Shown in pieces: positions 25,564-35,810 of a stretch of 64,000 nucleotides of DNA. The position numbers and the translations under genes were made by a program. Under the pieces are notes generated by a model. That model was not told where the DNA came from and searched no databases. It worked only from the letters and a program-made list of their open reading frames with translations. This DNA comes from an uncultured Candidatus Saccharibacteria bacterium (lineage in GTDB: Bacteria; Patescibacteriota; Saccharimonadia; Saccharimonadales; UBA7683). The stretch is taken from NCBI GenBank assembly GCA_964397855.1, contig CAYNKQ010000003.1:14839-78838 (forward strand), written 5' to 3'. The stretch's first letter is position 1. The number at the start of each line of letters is the position of its first letter.

Positions 25564-27387
25564 GTGCCAAGAAGAATGAGTCGAACAAAAGACGATGAAA
25601 AAATGAACACCAGACAATATCTTGGTGCGATCTGGAAGGTCCTAAAGATTTCTTTTTCAATTTCTAAATCTTCAATAATCTTCAAAATTTTTAATGCAAT
25701 TGTTGATTCAATATTCCCATTACTCACCGCGTTTTTTGCAGCGCAGACAACCACGCAAATTGCAGCTGCCTTTACTGGAGAGCCGGGCGCTCAAACAAAA
25801 GCGCTTTGGTATGTTGCGGCAACGGCTGGGTTGGGTTTGGTGACTGCAATTTTAATGAGCCTCGGCAATTACATTGATCAGATCGTTCGTTTTACTGTTC
25901 AATCGCGTATTTCTGATATGCTCTATGAGCGATTTGCTAGTCTTGATTTTTGGCGATATGACGATAAGCAGACTAGTGACCTGTACGATAAGGCTCAGGA
26001 TTTCAGTAGTTTTTTCGCCTATGCGTTTGACCGGGTAACAAGATTATTCCAGCATCTTTTCAGTGTATTTTCGGCTTTGGTGGGTCTGAGCTTTATAACC
26101 CCTTGGCTGTCACTTTTGCTGTTGGGTGCGATTTTGCCGGGTGTGTATGTTCAGTACAGACTTTCTCGCTTTCAAATAAAACATTGGCGGGCAAACGTAG
26201 TAGAACGCCGCAAGCAAAGTTTTATAGAATACAACATGATTCAGCCAAAAACGATTCCTGAGCTGAGACTTTACGACTTAGCAAAGACGTTCCTCGACAT
26301 GCGAATCAAGTTTCGAAATAAAGATGAAGGTGGGCGATTGGAGTTTGAAAAAGGCTTCATAAAATGGCGAATTCTGAGCGATGCTCTTGAGACAGTTGTG
26401 CAACTGGGCAGCCTTGTATGGGTAGTGCTGCAAATTGGCGCCAGGGTGCAGCCGATTGGTCAATTTGTATACGTTCAACAGCTTGTGGGACGAGTGCTTT
26501 CTTCGGCTGGTGGATTTATTACAGAATTTGGTGCTACCGATGAAGACCTGGCCAAACTTAAAGATTACAACGAATTCATGGAGCTCCCAATTACGCAGAT
26601 AGGTGGCAGAAGAATCAAAAAACCAGTTCAAGAAATTCGTTTCGAAAACGTCAGTTTTACGTATCCAAACACAAGTAAAGAAGTTATAAGCGACGTAAAT
26701 TTGACCATATCACTGGGTGCACACATAGCAGTGGTGGGCGAAAACGGCGCAGGAAAATCAACGTTAATCAAATTACTTCTAGGGTTTTATCAGCCAACCT
26801 CGGGAACCATCTATCTAGATGAGATTCCTTTACAAGAATATGATATCGCTTCGTGGCATGCGCAAATAGGCGTCTTGCTTCAGGAATTTGCAGCCTACCA
26901 ATTCACTACAGTCGGAGAAAACGTTATTTTTGGTAACGTTAACGCAAAACCAACAAAAGAACGCATCAGTAGGGCACTAGAGGCCGCCGAAGCACAAGAG
27001 GTGATTGATGATCTACCAAAAGGCTTCGACACCCCAGCTGCGACTTGGTTTGAAGAAGACGAAGGCGTACAGCTTTCAGGTGGTCAGTGGCAGCGTATTG
27101 GTCTGGCGCGAAATTTCTACCGGCAGGCACCGATTACCATTCTTGATGAACCTACATCCGCGATTGATGCTCTAGCCGAAGCAAATATATTCGATCGCCT
27201 CTTTAGCAAGAAGAACAAAAACACCGTTATAACTATTAGCCACAGGCTCACAACAATTGAAAATGCCGATATTATATTTGTTTTCAGTCATGGACGTATT
27301 GTTCAGCAGGGTACACATAAACAGCTCGCTGAGCAGAAAAAAGGTGAGTATGCCCACATGTTCCGACGACAACTGAAGGATTCGTAG
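25564..27387 (+). CDS. ABC exporter, fused permease-ATPase (MsbA/type 1 exporter-like)
   Basis: 607 aa. N-terminal 6-TM-type domain, Walker A GENGAGKST, signature LSGGQWQR, Walker B ILDEPTS. Confidence 0.9.
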   Translation: MPRRMSRTKDDEKMNTRQYLGAIWKVLKISFSISKSSIIFKIFNAIVDSIFPLLTAFFAAQTTTQIAAAFTGEPGAQTKALWYVAATAGLGLVTAILMSLGNYIDQIVRFTVQSRISDMLYERFASLDFWRYDDKQTSDLYDKAQDFSSFFAYAFDRVTRLFQHLFSVFSALVGLSFITPWLSLLLLGAILPGVYVQYRLSRFQIKHWRANVVERRKQSFIEYNMIQPKTIPELRLYDLAKTFLDMRIKFRNKDEGGRLEFEKGFIKWRILSDALETVVQLGSLVWVVLQIGARVQPIGQFVYVQQLVGRVLSSAGGFITEFGATDEDLAKLKDYNEFMELPITQIGGRRIKKPVQEIRFENVSFTYPNTSKEVISDVNLTISLGAHIAVVGENGAGKSTLIKLLLGFYQPTSGTIYLDEIPLQEYDIASWHAQIGVLLQEFAAYQFTTVGENVIFGNVNAKPTKERISRALEAAEAQEVIDDLPKGFDTPAATWFEEDEGVQLSGGQWQRIGLARNFYRQAPITILDEPTSAIDALAEANIFDRLFSKKNKNTVITISHRLTTIENADIIFVFSHGRIVQQGTHKQLAEQKKGEYAHMFRRQLKDS

Positions 27388-27433
27388 TGTTTTTTATGTT
27401 TGGATTCAGTGATTATATTTTAAGTGCCACACC

Positions 27434-27455
27434 GGTCTTAGCTGAGACCTTTTTT
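27434..27455 (+). terminator. Probable terminator after the ABC exporter
   Basis: GGTCT-TAGCTG-AGACC followed by TTTTTT. Confidence 0.55.
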
Positions 27456-27510
27456 GCCCAGCTGAGTAATTTGGAATAATCTCGTTGCAGCTGGATGATG
27501 TCGGTTTCTG

Positions 27511-27789
27511 TCAGATGTAGTAACCTTTTTCAATACTCGTGATTCTATCGAGTATTTCTATAATATCGCTCTGAGAGCCGAGGGCTTTGTTTTCGATTTC
27601 TTTACAGAATGTTTTGATACTATCAAGTTCGTAATCTTGGTGAGAAAGATGATCTTTTGTTTCAATTCGAAATTTTTCTAGTTTTTGCTCAAGCTCATCA
27701 ATTTTGCCGGCTTGTTCTTCAAACATAGGGCTCACAACCTCTGTCATAAGGTTGCGCATATCTGCTAAATCTTTAGTATCAAGTGCCAT
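27511..27789 (-). CDS. Small coiled-coil-like hypothetical protein
   Basis: 92-aa ORF rich in E/K/L heptad-like sequence. No motif. Confidence 0.4.
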   Translation of the reverse strand: MALDTKDLADMRNLMTEVVSPMFEEQAGKIDELEQKLEKFRIETKDHLSHQDYELDSIKTFCKEIENKALGSQSDIIEILDRITSIEKGYYI

Positions 27790-27970
27790 TGAGATCTATT
27801 TTAACAACCAATCATTTTTGCAACTAGACTTGTTTTTCAGTCTTTCTCTATTTTAATAATTAACAAAATATTAAATCATCTAGCCATTTGCTGCGGCTGT
27901 CTTTTAAAACTGGTTATGGTTGCTTCTGTCCCTAAATAGCTATACATTTGGTTTAAGCAAAGGAGGGGGT

Positions 27971-29134
27971 ATGGCTGGTCTCGAAGGTAAAAATCTTGAT
28001 AGAACTGTAAGAAATGTCGAAGGGACCCAAGATCCTTCAGTTACAAAAATTGGCTGGATTGCTGTAAGCTCCAGCATTTTTAATACCACGACACAAAGAG
28101 TAAGAACCTCCCCCGAGCACCCAGTTCTACTTGAGGCGGACGAAGAACTTTTCGGCAATACGGTACAGCTTTCTGTGGGCAGGATTGAAGACCACCCAGT
28201 AACCATTCAGCGCACCGTGTACTCTCGTGACGGCGTGCGGGAAAACACTTTCACGATTGTTGAGGGCATAACTCACGCTAATAACAGCAGCTTGTATTTT
28301 GACACTGAAGCTAAGACAGATCCGAGCGGCTGGACCGGACACGGATACTATTGGGATCTTACGATGGGCGAGTACACTCAAGATTCCTTTGGTCCAGCTG
28401 GCCGGACGGTGACCGACGTGGACAGGGGCGTGTGGGCTATTGATGATGCCGGCATTCTTTTGGCACTACGCGGTGAAATTGAAAGAAGAATTGAAGATCC
28501 TGAGAAGGCCGCTAGGATTTACGCCACTACGTACTTAAGATTCAATCAACTGCAAGGAGATTCTTATTTTAATAGACTTGCTGCCAGTGGCTTGGATCTC
28601 CCTGCCCCAAAGCGACCTGTTTCTGAGGTATTGTTAGTTGATCCAGCGCTTGAGCCAGTTATGCAGGCAGAGTTTGAAAAAGCACTCGCGTACGTTCGAT
28701 TCACGGGATCTCATCTTGAAGTAGATGCTCAACTGAAGCAGGCCATAGAAGCTGGGTTGGCATCTTCTGAGCTACAGGCGTTTACCGATGGATTTGTTGC
28801 TGGTAGAAAAGAGCTTGGCGCACGGCACAAAGAGGTCATGTCAAGTTGCGATTCTATGCTTGATTCAAATTATGTTCCAGCCGGCAATGCTAACTGGAGG
28901 CAGAGAAGCTGGCCGTATATGGATATTGGTGACTACGACAGAGAGGCTCAGGCCTTAAGGGCGGGAAATTTTGGCATAGTATCTCGTGAATTAGACAGAG
29001 AAATCACTGAGCTCCGATACAAGCTGGATAAAATGCTTCTTCCTCGTCTAGCGGTGCTTGGTGCACTGTGCGGAAGTGATTTTGTGGGTCAATCATTGCA
29101 GATTAACGAGTTTTCTGATAAAATAACAGAGTAA
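27971..29134 (+). CDS. Hypothetical protein
   Basis: The ATG at 27971 is preceded by AAAGGAGGGGG. 387 aa. No recognised domain. Confidence 0.55.
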   Translation: MAGLEGKNLDRTVRNVEGTQDPSVTKIGWIAVSSSIFNTTTQRVRTSPEHPVLLEADEELFGNTVQLSVGRIEDHPVTIQRTVYSRDGVRENTFTIVEGITHANNSSLYFDTEAKTDPSGWTGHGYYWDLTMGEYTQDSFGPAGRTVTDVDRGVWAIDDAGILLALRGEIERRIEDPEKAARIYATTYLRFNQLQGDSYFNRLAASGLDLPAPKRPVSEVLLVDPALEPVMQAEFEKALAYVRFTGSHLEVDAQLKQAIEAGLASSELQAFTDGFVAGRKELGARHKEVMSSCDSMLDSNYVPAGNANWRQRSWPYMDIGDYDREAQALRAGNFGIVSRELDREITELRYKLDKMLLPRLAVLGALCGSDFVGQSLQINEFSDKITE

Positions 29135-29228
29135 ACATTAAACAGCGAGAGAGAAAATCCTTCTGTGTGAAAATATCTTTATTTTCATGTCAGTCGCTCA
29201 CTCGTGAAGAACGAAAGGATTTATCATT

Positions 29229-29939
29229 ATGGCGGTAGATGTCGACATTAAAAAACTTCTCGAAAGTGGTGTTCACTTTGGGCACACTACAAGCAGGTGG
29301 CACCCTAAAATGGCGCCATACCTACACAGCAAGCGTGCAGGAAACCACATCATTGACCTTACGAAAACAGTTGAAGCGCTTGAAACGGTTCTTCCTGTTA
29401 TAGAAAAAGCCGTTGCTGGCGGCAAGCAAGTTCTTCTTGTTGGCACAAAGCGACAGGCAAAAGCACTTGTGCTACAGGCTGCTGAAGATACTGGTATGCC
29501 ATTTGTTGTTAACCGTTGGGTTGGCGGCATGCTTACTAATACGACTACTATGAACGGTCGAATCAAGCACCTGCAAGATCTTGAAAACAAGATGGCAAGC
29601 GGCGAACTTGAAAATCGTTTCAATAAGCTAGAAGTACAGCGGTTCCAAGAAGAGATTGATGCCATGAATGTACTCTACGGTGGTATCAAAGATCTTCACG
29701 GCAAGCCTGCTCTTGTGTATGTTACTGACGTTGTAACAGATCACCTTGCGGTGAAAGAAGCTCGACGTCTTGGTGTGCCAGTAATTGGTGTTGTTGATAG
29801 CAACGCTGATCCAAGCCTTATTGATTTTCCAATTCCTGCAAATGACGATGCTGTTAAAGCGGTTCAGGTTCTTCTTGAATACGTTGTTGCAGCAATTGCA
29901 AATGGTAAAGCGAATCAAAAAGTCGCTAAGGCTGAATAA
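29229..29939 (+). CDS. rpsB: 30S ribosomal protein S2
   Basis: 236 aa. LLESGVHFGHTTSRWHPKM and other typical S2 blocks. Confidence 0.95.
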   Translation: MAVDVDIKKLLESGVHFGHTTSRWHPKMAPYLHSKRAGNHIIDLTKTVEALETVLPVIEKAVAGGKQVLLVGTKRQAKALVLQAAEDTGMPFVVNRWVGGMLTNTTTMNGRIKHLQDLENKMASGELENRFNKLEVQRFQEEIDAMNVLYGGIKDLHGKPALVYVTDVVTDHLAVKEARRLGVPVIGVVDSNADPSLIDFPIPANDDAVKAVQVLLEYVVAAIANGKANQKVAKAE

Positions 29940-30032
29940 TAACGGCCTGGTGCTACCCTGAGCCTGATTCAGGGTCCAATAATCTAAAGATTCCTGCCTC
30001 CGCAGGAATGACAAAACAGGAGAATAGAATAT

Positions 30033-30629
30033 ATGGCAGTATCAATCGACGACATTAAACGACTCAAGAGCCTAACAGGCATTGGCCTTACGGACGCTAA
30101 GGCGGCGCTAACTGAAGCTGATGGTGATTTTGACAAAGCGCTTGCTGCACTACGCAAAAAAGGACTTACAAAAGCCGAGAAAAAAGGTGAACGCGAAGCT
30201 CGTGAAGGTATTGTAGATAGCTACGTACACAGTAACCGAATTGGTGTAGTTCTAGAAGTAAACTGTGAAACCGACTTTGTTGCACGAACAGATGGCTTCA
30301 AAAACTTTGTACACGACATTGCAATGCACATTGCAGCCGCAGCGCCAGAATTTGTAAGCTCAGATGACATCCCGGCCGCAGAAGTAGAGGCTAAAACTGC
30401 AGAATTTACCGAAAAAGCCAAAGCTGATGGCAAACCTGAGAACATGATCGAAAACATTGTTGCTGGTATGGTAAAGAAACACTTTGCAGAAAAGTGCCTT
30501 CTTGATCAGCCATATATTAAGAACCCAGACCAAACAGTTGGTACATTCTTGAAGGAAAACATTGGTATTTTCGGTGAAAACACTATTATTCGTCAGTTCA
30601 AGCGCATTGAACTTGGTGAAATTAGTTAG
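30033..30629 (+). CDS. tsf: Elongation factor Ts (short form)
   Basis: N-terminal UBA-like IKRLKSLTGIGLTDAKAAL and a core EVNCETDFVA. Follows rpsB. Confidence 0.92.
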   Translation: MAVSIDDIKRLKSLTGIGLTDAKAALTEADGDFDKALAALRKKGLTKAEKKGEREAREGIVDSYVHSNRIGVVLEVNCETDFVARTDGFKNFVHDIAMHIAAAAPEFVSSDDIPAAEVEAKTAEFTEKAKADGKPENMIENIVAGMVKKHFAEKCLLDQPYIKNPDQTVGTFLKENIGIFGENTIIRQFKRIELGEIS

Positions 30630-30780
30630 GCCTAGGCCTCTCTGAAGTATGCGGTAAGGCCCGGCCAGCTTTTGGACGGGTCTTTTTGTGTTACTGGAGG
30701 CCAGGGGCGGGAGTTGTTCAATTTCCCGATTACCGGATCTCTGTTAAAATAGTAGATAAGATAATCAATAAGGAGATCCA

Positions 30781-31332
30781 GTGGATTTACAAAGTTACCG
30801 TGGAAAAATGCAAGGCGCAGTTGAACATCTTGTTGAAGAGCTTAAAAAGGTTCGGACTGGACGAGCACACCCAAGTATTATTGAAGGCTTGATGGTCGAA
30901 GTGTATGGTTCTAAGATGCCACTGAATCAGGTTTCTAACGTGACCGCTCCTGAGCCGCAGTTGCTCCAAGTGACGCCATTTGATCCAACAAATCTTCAGG
31001 CTATAGCCACAGCTATCCGTACGGACCAAACGATGAGCCTTAACCCGAGCGATGATGGTCGTGTAGTTCGTGTGCCTATGCCGCCACTCACCGAAGAACT
31101 TCGCCGGCAAATCGTTAAAGGCCTTGGTGACACTGTCGAAGAAGCCAAGATAACACTGCGCAACATCCGCCACGACGCAATTAAAGAAGCTAAGCGACTC
31201 AAAGAAGCCAAAGAATATTCAGACGATGATGTTAAGCGTATAGAGGCTCAGGTGACTGAGCTTATAGCCGACTTTAATAATCAAGTTGATGCGGCGCAAC
31301 GTTCTAAAGAACAAGAGATAATGACAGTATAA
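30781..31332 (+). CDS. frr: Ribosome recycling factor
   Basis: 183 aa. ...LKKVRTGRAHPSIIEGLMVEVYG... and NIRHDA blocks. GTG start after AAGGAG. Confidence 0.94.
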   Translation: MDLQSYRGKMQGAVEHLVEELKKVRTGRAHPSIIEGLMVEVYGSKMPLNQVSNVTAPEPQLLQVTPFDPTNLQAIATAIRTDQTMSLNPSDDGRVVRVPMPPLTEELRRQIVKGLGDTVEEAKITLRNIRHDAIKEAKRLKEAKEYSDDDVKRIEAQVTELIADFNNQVDAAQRSKEQEIMTV

Positions 31333-31349
31333 AATAGTGTACGCATGAC

Positions 31350-32447
31350 TTGTTGTGCGAAGCATTTGACAGGAGTATGATAGGTCAGACTATGTTCTCA
31401 GAGTATCGTAAAAAAATTGATGATGAAATTGCTGGTTTTTTTGAATCACTACCGTCACGTATTGACTTTGACCTGTCTGCTGATAGTAAACGCGCAGTTG
31501 AGCTACTGAAAGAATACAGCCTTCGACCAGGCAAGCGAATCCGCGGCTCTCTAGCGGCCTTTGCATATGACTACGTTAAGAAAACTTCGTTTGGGGTTGC
31601 TGGGCTAAAACTCGGGGTCGCACTAGAGCTTGTGCAAAATTATTTACTTATCATCGATGATGTAATGGATAAATCCGAGACACGTCGCGGTGAACCAACT
31701 ATTCATTTACTGTACACTAAAGAACCAGCGGTGTGGGCGAGTGATGATCACACCACAACTATGCTAGCGATTAACGTAGGTCTCATTGCTCAGCACTTGG
31801 CAAGTATCATTGTTTCCGAGCTACCAGAGGAAGGCGCGATTCTTAACCAGATTTCTCGCGTGATGCACAAGAACATTTTGGGTACGGGATTTGGTCAGCT
31901 CGATGATCTTTCCCAACAAATTGGCCAGAAGGTAACAGAAGAAGACATTGTTCGAAAATATCTACTTAAGAGTAGCTACTATACTTATATAAATCCGTTG
32001 CAGACAGGTTTAATTCTGGGTGGTGTTGCTGACCAAGTGGTGCTTGATGAGGTGCGAGAATTTGGCTCTGCTGCCGGCATAGCATTTCAGTTATTCGATG
32101 ACTATCTTGGGATTTATGGAGACGACCAAAAAACTGGTAAATCAAACCTTGATGACATTAAAGAGGGCAAATATACCTTGCAGGTGCAGTATGCGCTGGC
32201 TCACGCATCTGAGCAGGATGTTAAAACACTTCACGAAATTCTTGGGAACGATTCCGCAACCTCATCACAAGGCAATGAGGTAAGGGCTATTCTTACTCAT
32301 TGTGGTGCACAGAAGTACTTGCTTGAACGTACGCAGTCTTATGCCGAGCAAGCTAAGAAGCAGCTTGAAACAAGTATTATTTGGGATAGTGAAGCCCAGG
32401 ATATGTTGAAGAAGTTGGTGGATTTCACAGTGAGTAGAGATAAGTGA
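31350..32447 (+). CDS. Polyprenyl diphosphate synthase (trans-isoprenyl, GGPP/FPP synthase-like)
   Basis: First Asp-rich motif LIIDDVMD and second FQLFDDYLG. Start uncertain (31350 or a downstream ATG). Confidence 0.85.
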   Translation: MLCEAFDRSMIGQTMFSEYRKKIDDEIAGFFESLPSRIDFDLSADSKRAVELLKEYSLRPGKRIRGSLAAFAYDYVKKTSFGVAGLKLGVALELVQNYLLIIDDVMDKSETRRGEPTIHLLYTKEPAVWASDDHTTTMLAINVGLIAQHLASIIVSELPEEGAILNQISRVMHKNILGTGFGQLDDLSQQIGQKVTEEDIVRKYLLKSSYYTYINPLQTGLILGGVADQVVLDEVREFGSAAGIAFQLFDDYLGIYGDDQKTGKSNLDDIKEGKYTLQVQYALAHASEQDVKTLHEILGNDSATSSQGNEVRAILTHCGAQKYLLERTQSYAEQAKKQLETSIIWDSEAQDMLKKLVDFTVSRDK

Positions 32448-33133
32448 GTCACGTACCAAATCATTTAGGCCTTATTCTCGACGGCAACAGACGCTGGGCT
32501 AAAGCCCAAGGCTTGCCTTCGCTTGAAGGGCATAAGCGTGGTTCAGAAACACTTAAAAAAATTGTTCAGCATTCGTTTGAAAAGGGGATTTCGTATGTAA
32601 CGGCGTATGTCTTTTCTACCGAAAATTGGAACCGAACTTCAGAAGAAGTGAGCTACTTAATGAATATGGTGACAACATTCGCCAACAAAGAACTTCGAAC
32701 ACTCATGAAGGAAAATATCAAGGTAGTAATAATAGGTTCGTTTGACGGTCTTGATTCAAAAGTACTCAAAGTGCTGAAAAAGGTTGAGGCCGATTCAATT
32801 AACAACACTGCTGGAACATTAGCCTTTTGCTTTAATTACGGAGGTTATGCAGAAATAACAGATGCTGTTAAAAAGATCGTCGTGTCTGGTGTAGCTGCCG
32901 AGGACGTTTCAGAAGAACTAATCGCTCAAAACCTATATCATCCAGAGGTGCCACCGATTGATCTTATGATACGTACCAGCGGTGAACAGCGCATCAGTAA
33001 CTTCATGCTGTGGCGCATGGCCTACGCTGAATTATATTTTACTAACAAACATTGGCCAGAATTTGATACCATAGAGTTTGACAAAGCTTTAGCAGAATAT
33101 ACAAAACGTAATCGTAGGTTTGGAGGAAATTGA
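32444..33133 (+). CDS. uppS: Undecaprenyl diphosphate synthase (cis-isoprenyl transferase)
   Basis: LILDGNRRWA, RTSGEQRISNFMLWR. 229 aa. Confidence 0.93.
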   Translation: MSHVPNHLGLILDGNRRWAKAQGLPSLEGHKRGSETLKKIVQHSFEKGISYVTAYVFSTENWNRTSEEVSYLMNMVTTFANKELRTLMKENIKVVIIGSFDGLDSKVLKVLKKVEADSINNTAGTLAFCFNYGGYAEITDAVKKIVVSGVAAEDVSEELIAQNLYHPEVPPIDLMIRTSGEQRISNFMLWRMAYAELYFTNKHWPEFDTIEFDKALAEYTKRNRRFGGN

Positions 33134-34206
33134 TGCTGGTATTTTTAGGAGTCGTTCTGTTTGTGCTGCTTGTTGTGGTGCACGAGTTTGGTCACATGGT
33201 GGCTGCAAAAAAGAACGGTGTTGAAGTTGAAGAATTTGGTGTTGGATTCCCTCCTCGGGCCGCAGTGCTCGGTAAAAAGAATGGCACTGAATATACGCTA
33301 AACTGGCTTCCGATTGGTGGGTTTGTGAAACTCAAAGGAGAGCATGATGCTGCTACGGAAAAAGGTAGTTTTGGTGCGGCCAACTTTGCGAAAAAAGCAC
33401 TCATAATAGGTGCTGGTGTTTTAATGAACTGGCTCGCTGCCATCGTGATCTTTACGGTCATCGCCTTTATCGGCATGCCACAGCTGATCGATAACCAATT
33501 TAAAGTTGCGAGCGACGCAACTGTTACCAAGCAAGAGGTGTTTGCAGGTACGGTAGAAAAGGGCTCGCCAGCAGATTCAATCGGTCTGAGGCAACAAGAT
33601 CGGATTGTGCGTATTAATAATGTACAGATCAACACTGCGCAGACACTGCGTGATACTACCAGCAAACTTGCGGGTCAAGAGGTTGAGGTTTCGTATCGTC
33701 AAGACGGTATTACTCAGATAAAATCAGTCACACTTCGTAATGATCCTACAAAAGCAAATTTTGGCGTTGCGCCTGGTGAACAAACACTTGTGCGTTCAAC
33801 CTGGTCTGCTCCTATAGTTGGAGTTGGGACGACTGCTCAGTTTACTGTTGAAACACTTAAGGGTCTCGGTGTTGCTGTCGGTAATCTGTTTGCTGGTAAC
33901 GCATCTGAGGCTGGACAAGCCGTGACGGGCCCAGTAGGTATTGTCGTGGTGCTTAAAGACTTATCTCGCCAGGGCTTAGTTTTCGTACTGTTCTTGATTG
34001 GTGTCATTTCCGTTTCGTTGGCGGTAATGAACGTGTTGCCTATTCCGGCACTTGATGGGGGTAGATTATTTGTGATGGGGTTGTATAGAGTACTAAAAAA
34101 ACCACTGAGTAAAGAGACTGAAGAAAAAATTCACGGTACTGGTATGCTAGTTCTATTGGCACTGGCTGCACTGATAACAGTCGTTGATATTCGTCGATTC
34201 TTTTAA
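33130..34206 (+). CDS. rseP: Site-2 (M50) intramembrane zinc metalloprotease RseP-like
   Basis: HEFGHMVAAK zinc motif, an internal PDZ-like segment, and a C-terminal NVLPIPALDGG motif. Confidence 0.88.
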   Translation: MMLVFLGVVLFVLLVVVHEFGHMVAAKKNGVEVEEFGVGFPPRAAVLGKKNGTEYTLNWLPIGGFVKLKGEHDAATEKGSFGAANFAKKALIIGAGVLMNWLAAIVIFTVIAFIGMPQLIDNQFKVASDATVTKQEVFAGTVEKGSPADSIGLRQQDRIVRINNVQINTAQTLRDTTSKLAGQEVEVSYRQDGITQIKSVTLRNDPTKANFGVAPGEQTLVRSTWSAPIVGVGTTAQFTVETLKGLGVAVGNLFAGNASEAGQAVTGPVGIVVVLKDLSRQGLVFVLFLIGVISVSLAVMNVLPIPALDGGRLFVMGLYRVLKKPLSKETEEKIHGTGMLVLLALAALITVVDIRRFF

Positions 34207-35144
34207 TGAAAGATCTTAAGACACCAGATCTGCAGGCAAACCGAGGGTTTTGGAAAAATTCAGTCACTATAGTGCTATCAGTTCTTGTTCTATTTTTGGT
34301 TGCACAGTTGATTGCAACGGCGATAGTGTCATCGATTGGCTTGTCGCCGGGTAGCCAGAATTATCAGACCATTCTCTATATTGGGATTGATCTTGTAATC
34401 GTACTCTTATTAATGAGTGCCGCAATGACACTACTAAAATTTGACTGGAAACACGTTGGAATAAAGCGCACGGGCCTAATGTCGTATTTAAAAATAGTAC
34501 CACTTGCCATAGCTTACGTTGTTTTTTCAACGCTTTTTACCCATCTTGCTAGTCGTTTTGTGCATGGATTTGATAGCGATCAGGTGCAGAATATTGGACT
34601 TACTGATATGGTTAGTCGTCCGGAGCTGGTGGCCGCGTTTATAGGCTTGGTTATTCTAACTCCAATTGCTGAAGAGTTGATTTTTAGGGGACTGTTATTC
34701 AGAAGTTTGCGCAAGTCTCTAACAGTATCATTCTTGCCGCTCAGTATAGTTGCTATCGGCTTTACTGTGACTGGAGCTACATTGGTGCACAAGTATTTTG
34801 GTAGCTCGATTCCAGCATCGTCATTGCCGATGATATCCATGGCGTTTGGCCTCATTGCTATTACATTTGGCATGATTGCTGCTATGTGGTTCAAGCAGTC
34901 TAAGCGCTACGTCTGGGTAAATGCAGCGTTATACAAAAAAGATCCAACGTTCTGGAGTGCTGCTATCCTCACTAGCATTATGTTTGCAGCTGCACATATG
35001 CAGTGGAATGTAGCAGTTGATACATTCGCGCTTAGTTTAGCGCTGTGTTACTTGGTAGAAAAATCGGACAGCATACTTCCATCGATTGTGCTGCATGCTC
35101 TAAAAAACAGTGTTGCGTTTACGGTACTGTTCTTAGTCAAATGA
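34206..35144 (+). CDS. CPBP-family intramembrane glutamic endopeptidase (CAAX protease-like)
   Basis: EELIFRGLLF, FAAAH and HALKN motifs in a polytopic membrane protein. Confidence 0.8.
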   Translation: MKDLKTPDLQANRGFWKNSVTIVLSVLVLFLVAQLIATAIVSSIGLSPGSQNYQTILYIGIDLVIVLLLMSAAMTLLKFDWKHVGIKRTGLMSYLKIVPLAIAYVVFSTLFTHLASRFVHGFDSDQVQNIGLTDMVSRPELVAAFIGLVILTPIAEELIFRGLLFRSLRKSLTVSFLPLSIVAIGFTVTGATLVHKYFGSSIPASSLPMISMAFGLIAITFGMIAAMWFKQSKRYVWVNAALYKKDPTFWSAAILTSIMFAAAHMQWNVAVDTFALSLALCYLVEKSDSILPSIVLHALKNSVAFTVLFLVK

Positions 35145-35166
35145 GTGCATTCCAAGAGTATGATGT

Positions 35167-35195
35167 TTGACAGAACTTAAATTGATAGTCATAAT
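35167..35195 (+). promoter_or_regulatory. Sigma-70-type promoter
   Basis: TTGACA (35167-35172), 17 nt, then CATAAT (35190-35195). Confidence 0.45.
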
Positions 35196-35363
35196 ACAGT
35201 CGCAATGAAGTACCAAACAGTTTTTTCAATCCTACCGCTACCCACACCTGCATGACAGCTGGGGTTTGAAAGCGTTACCAAGTAATCAAGAAAATATCAG
35301 ATCAGACGCCCCAGCAAAGGGGTATTTTTATACCCAAAATTCTGAGACTGATTAAGGATTGTT

Positions 35364-35810
35364 ATGAATACATTAAGTAAAATTGTTTCCGCTGATCTAC
35401 AATTTGGCGAGGCTGCACAACGTGTGCTTGAAGATGAAAGCACGATCGTTGAAGAATCCCTGATGATTGCCGCTAGTCGTGTTATTCGGGTTGTAGAGGG
35501 TCAGGCAGAAGTTGGTGATCTACGAGAAGACGTAGCTAGAGCGAACATTCTTAGTCGTGAGACTATAGGTCTTGGTGACCAACTTGACGAAGACACAACG
35601 ATTGAGCTGCTTGCAAGAAGAATATTTCATGGCTCGGCTCGCCGCGCGATTAACTGTGTTAAGTCAGAACGTAGGCTTACAATAATGTTTGCGAAACACG
35701 CCGAGTTTAAACGAAAAGCAGAGCGACGTCTTATCGATGAAAGCAGTGAAGTTCTGCGTGCATATCGAACACAAAGTCTAGTACAATATATGATGAAAGA
35801 AGGAAAATAA
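35364..35810 (+). CDS. Hypothetical protein
   Basis: 148-aa ORF that abuts proS (ATAATG junction). No motif. Confidence 0.45.
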   Translation: MNTLSKIVSADLQFGEAAQRVLEDESTIVEESLMIAASRVIRVVEGQAEVGDLREDVARANILSRETIGLGDQLDEDTTIELLARRIFHGSARRAINCVKSERRLTIMFAKHAEFKRKAERRLIDESSEVLRAYRTQSLVQYMMKEGK

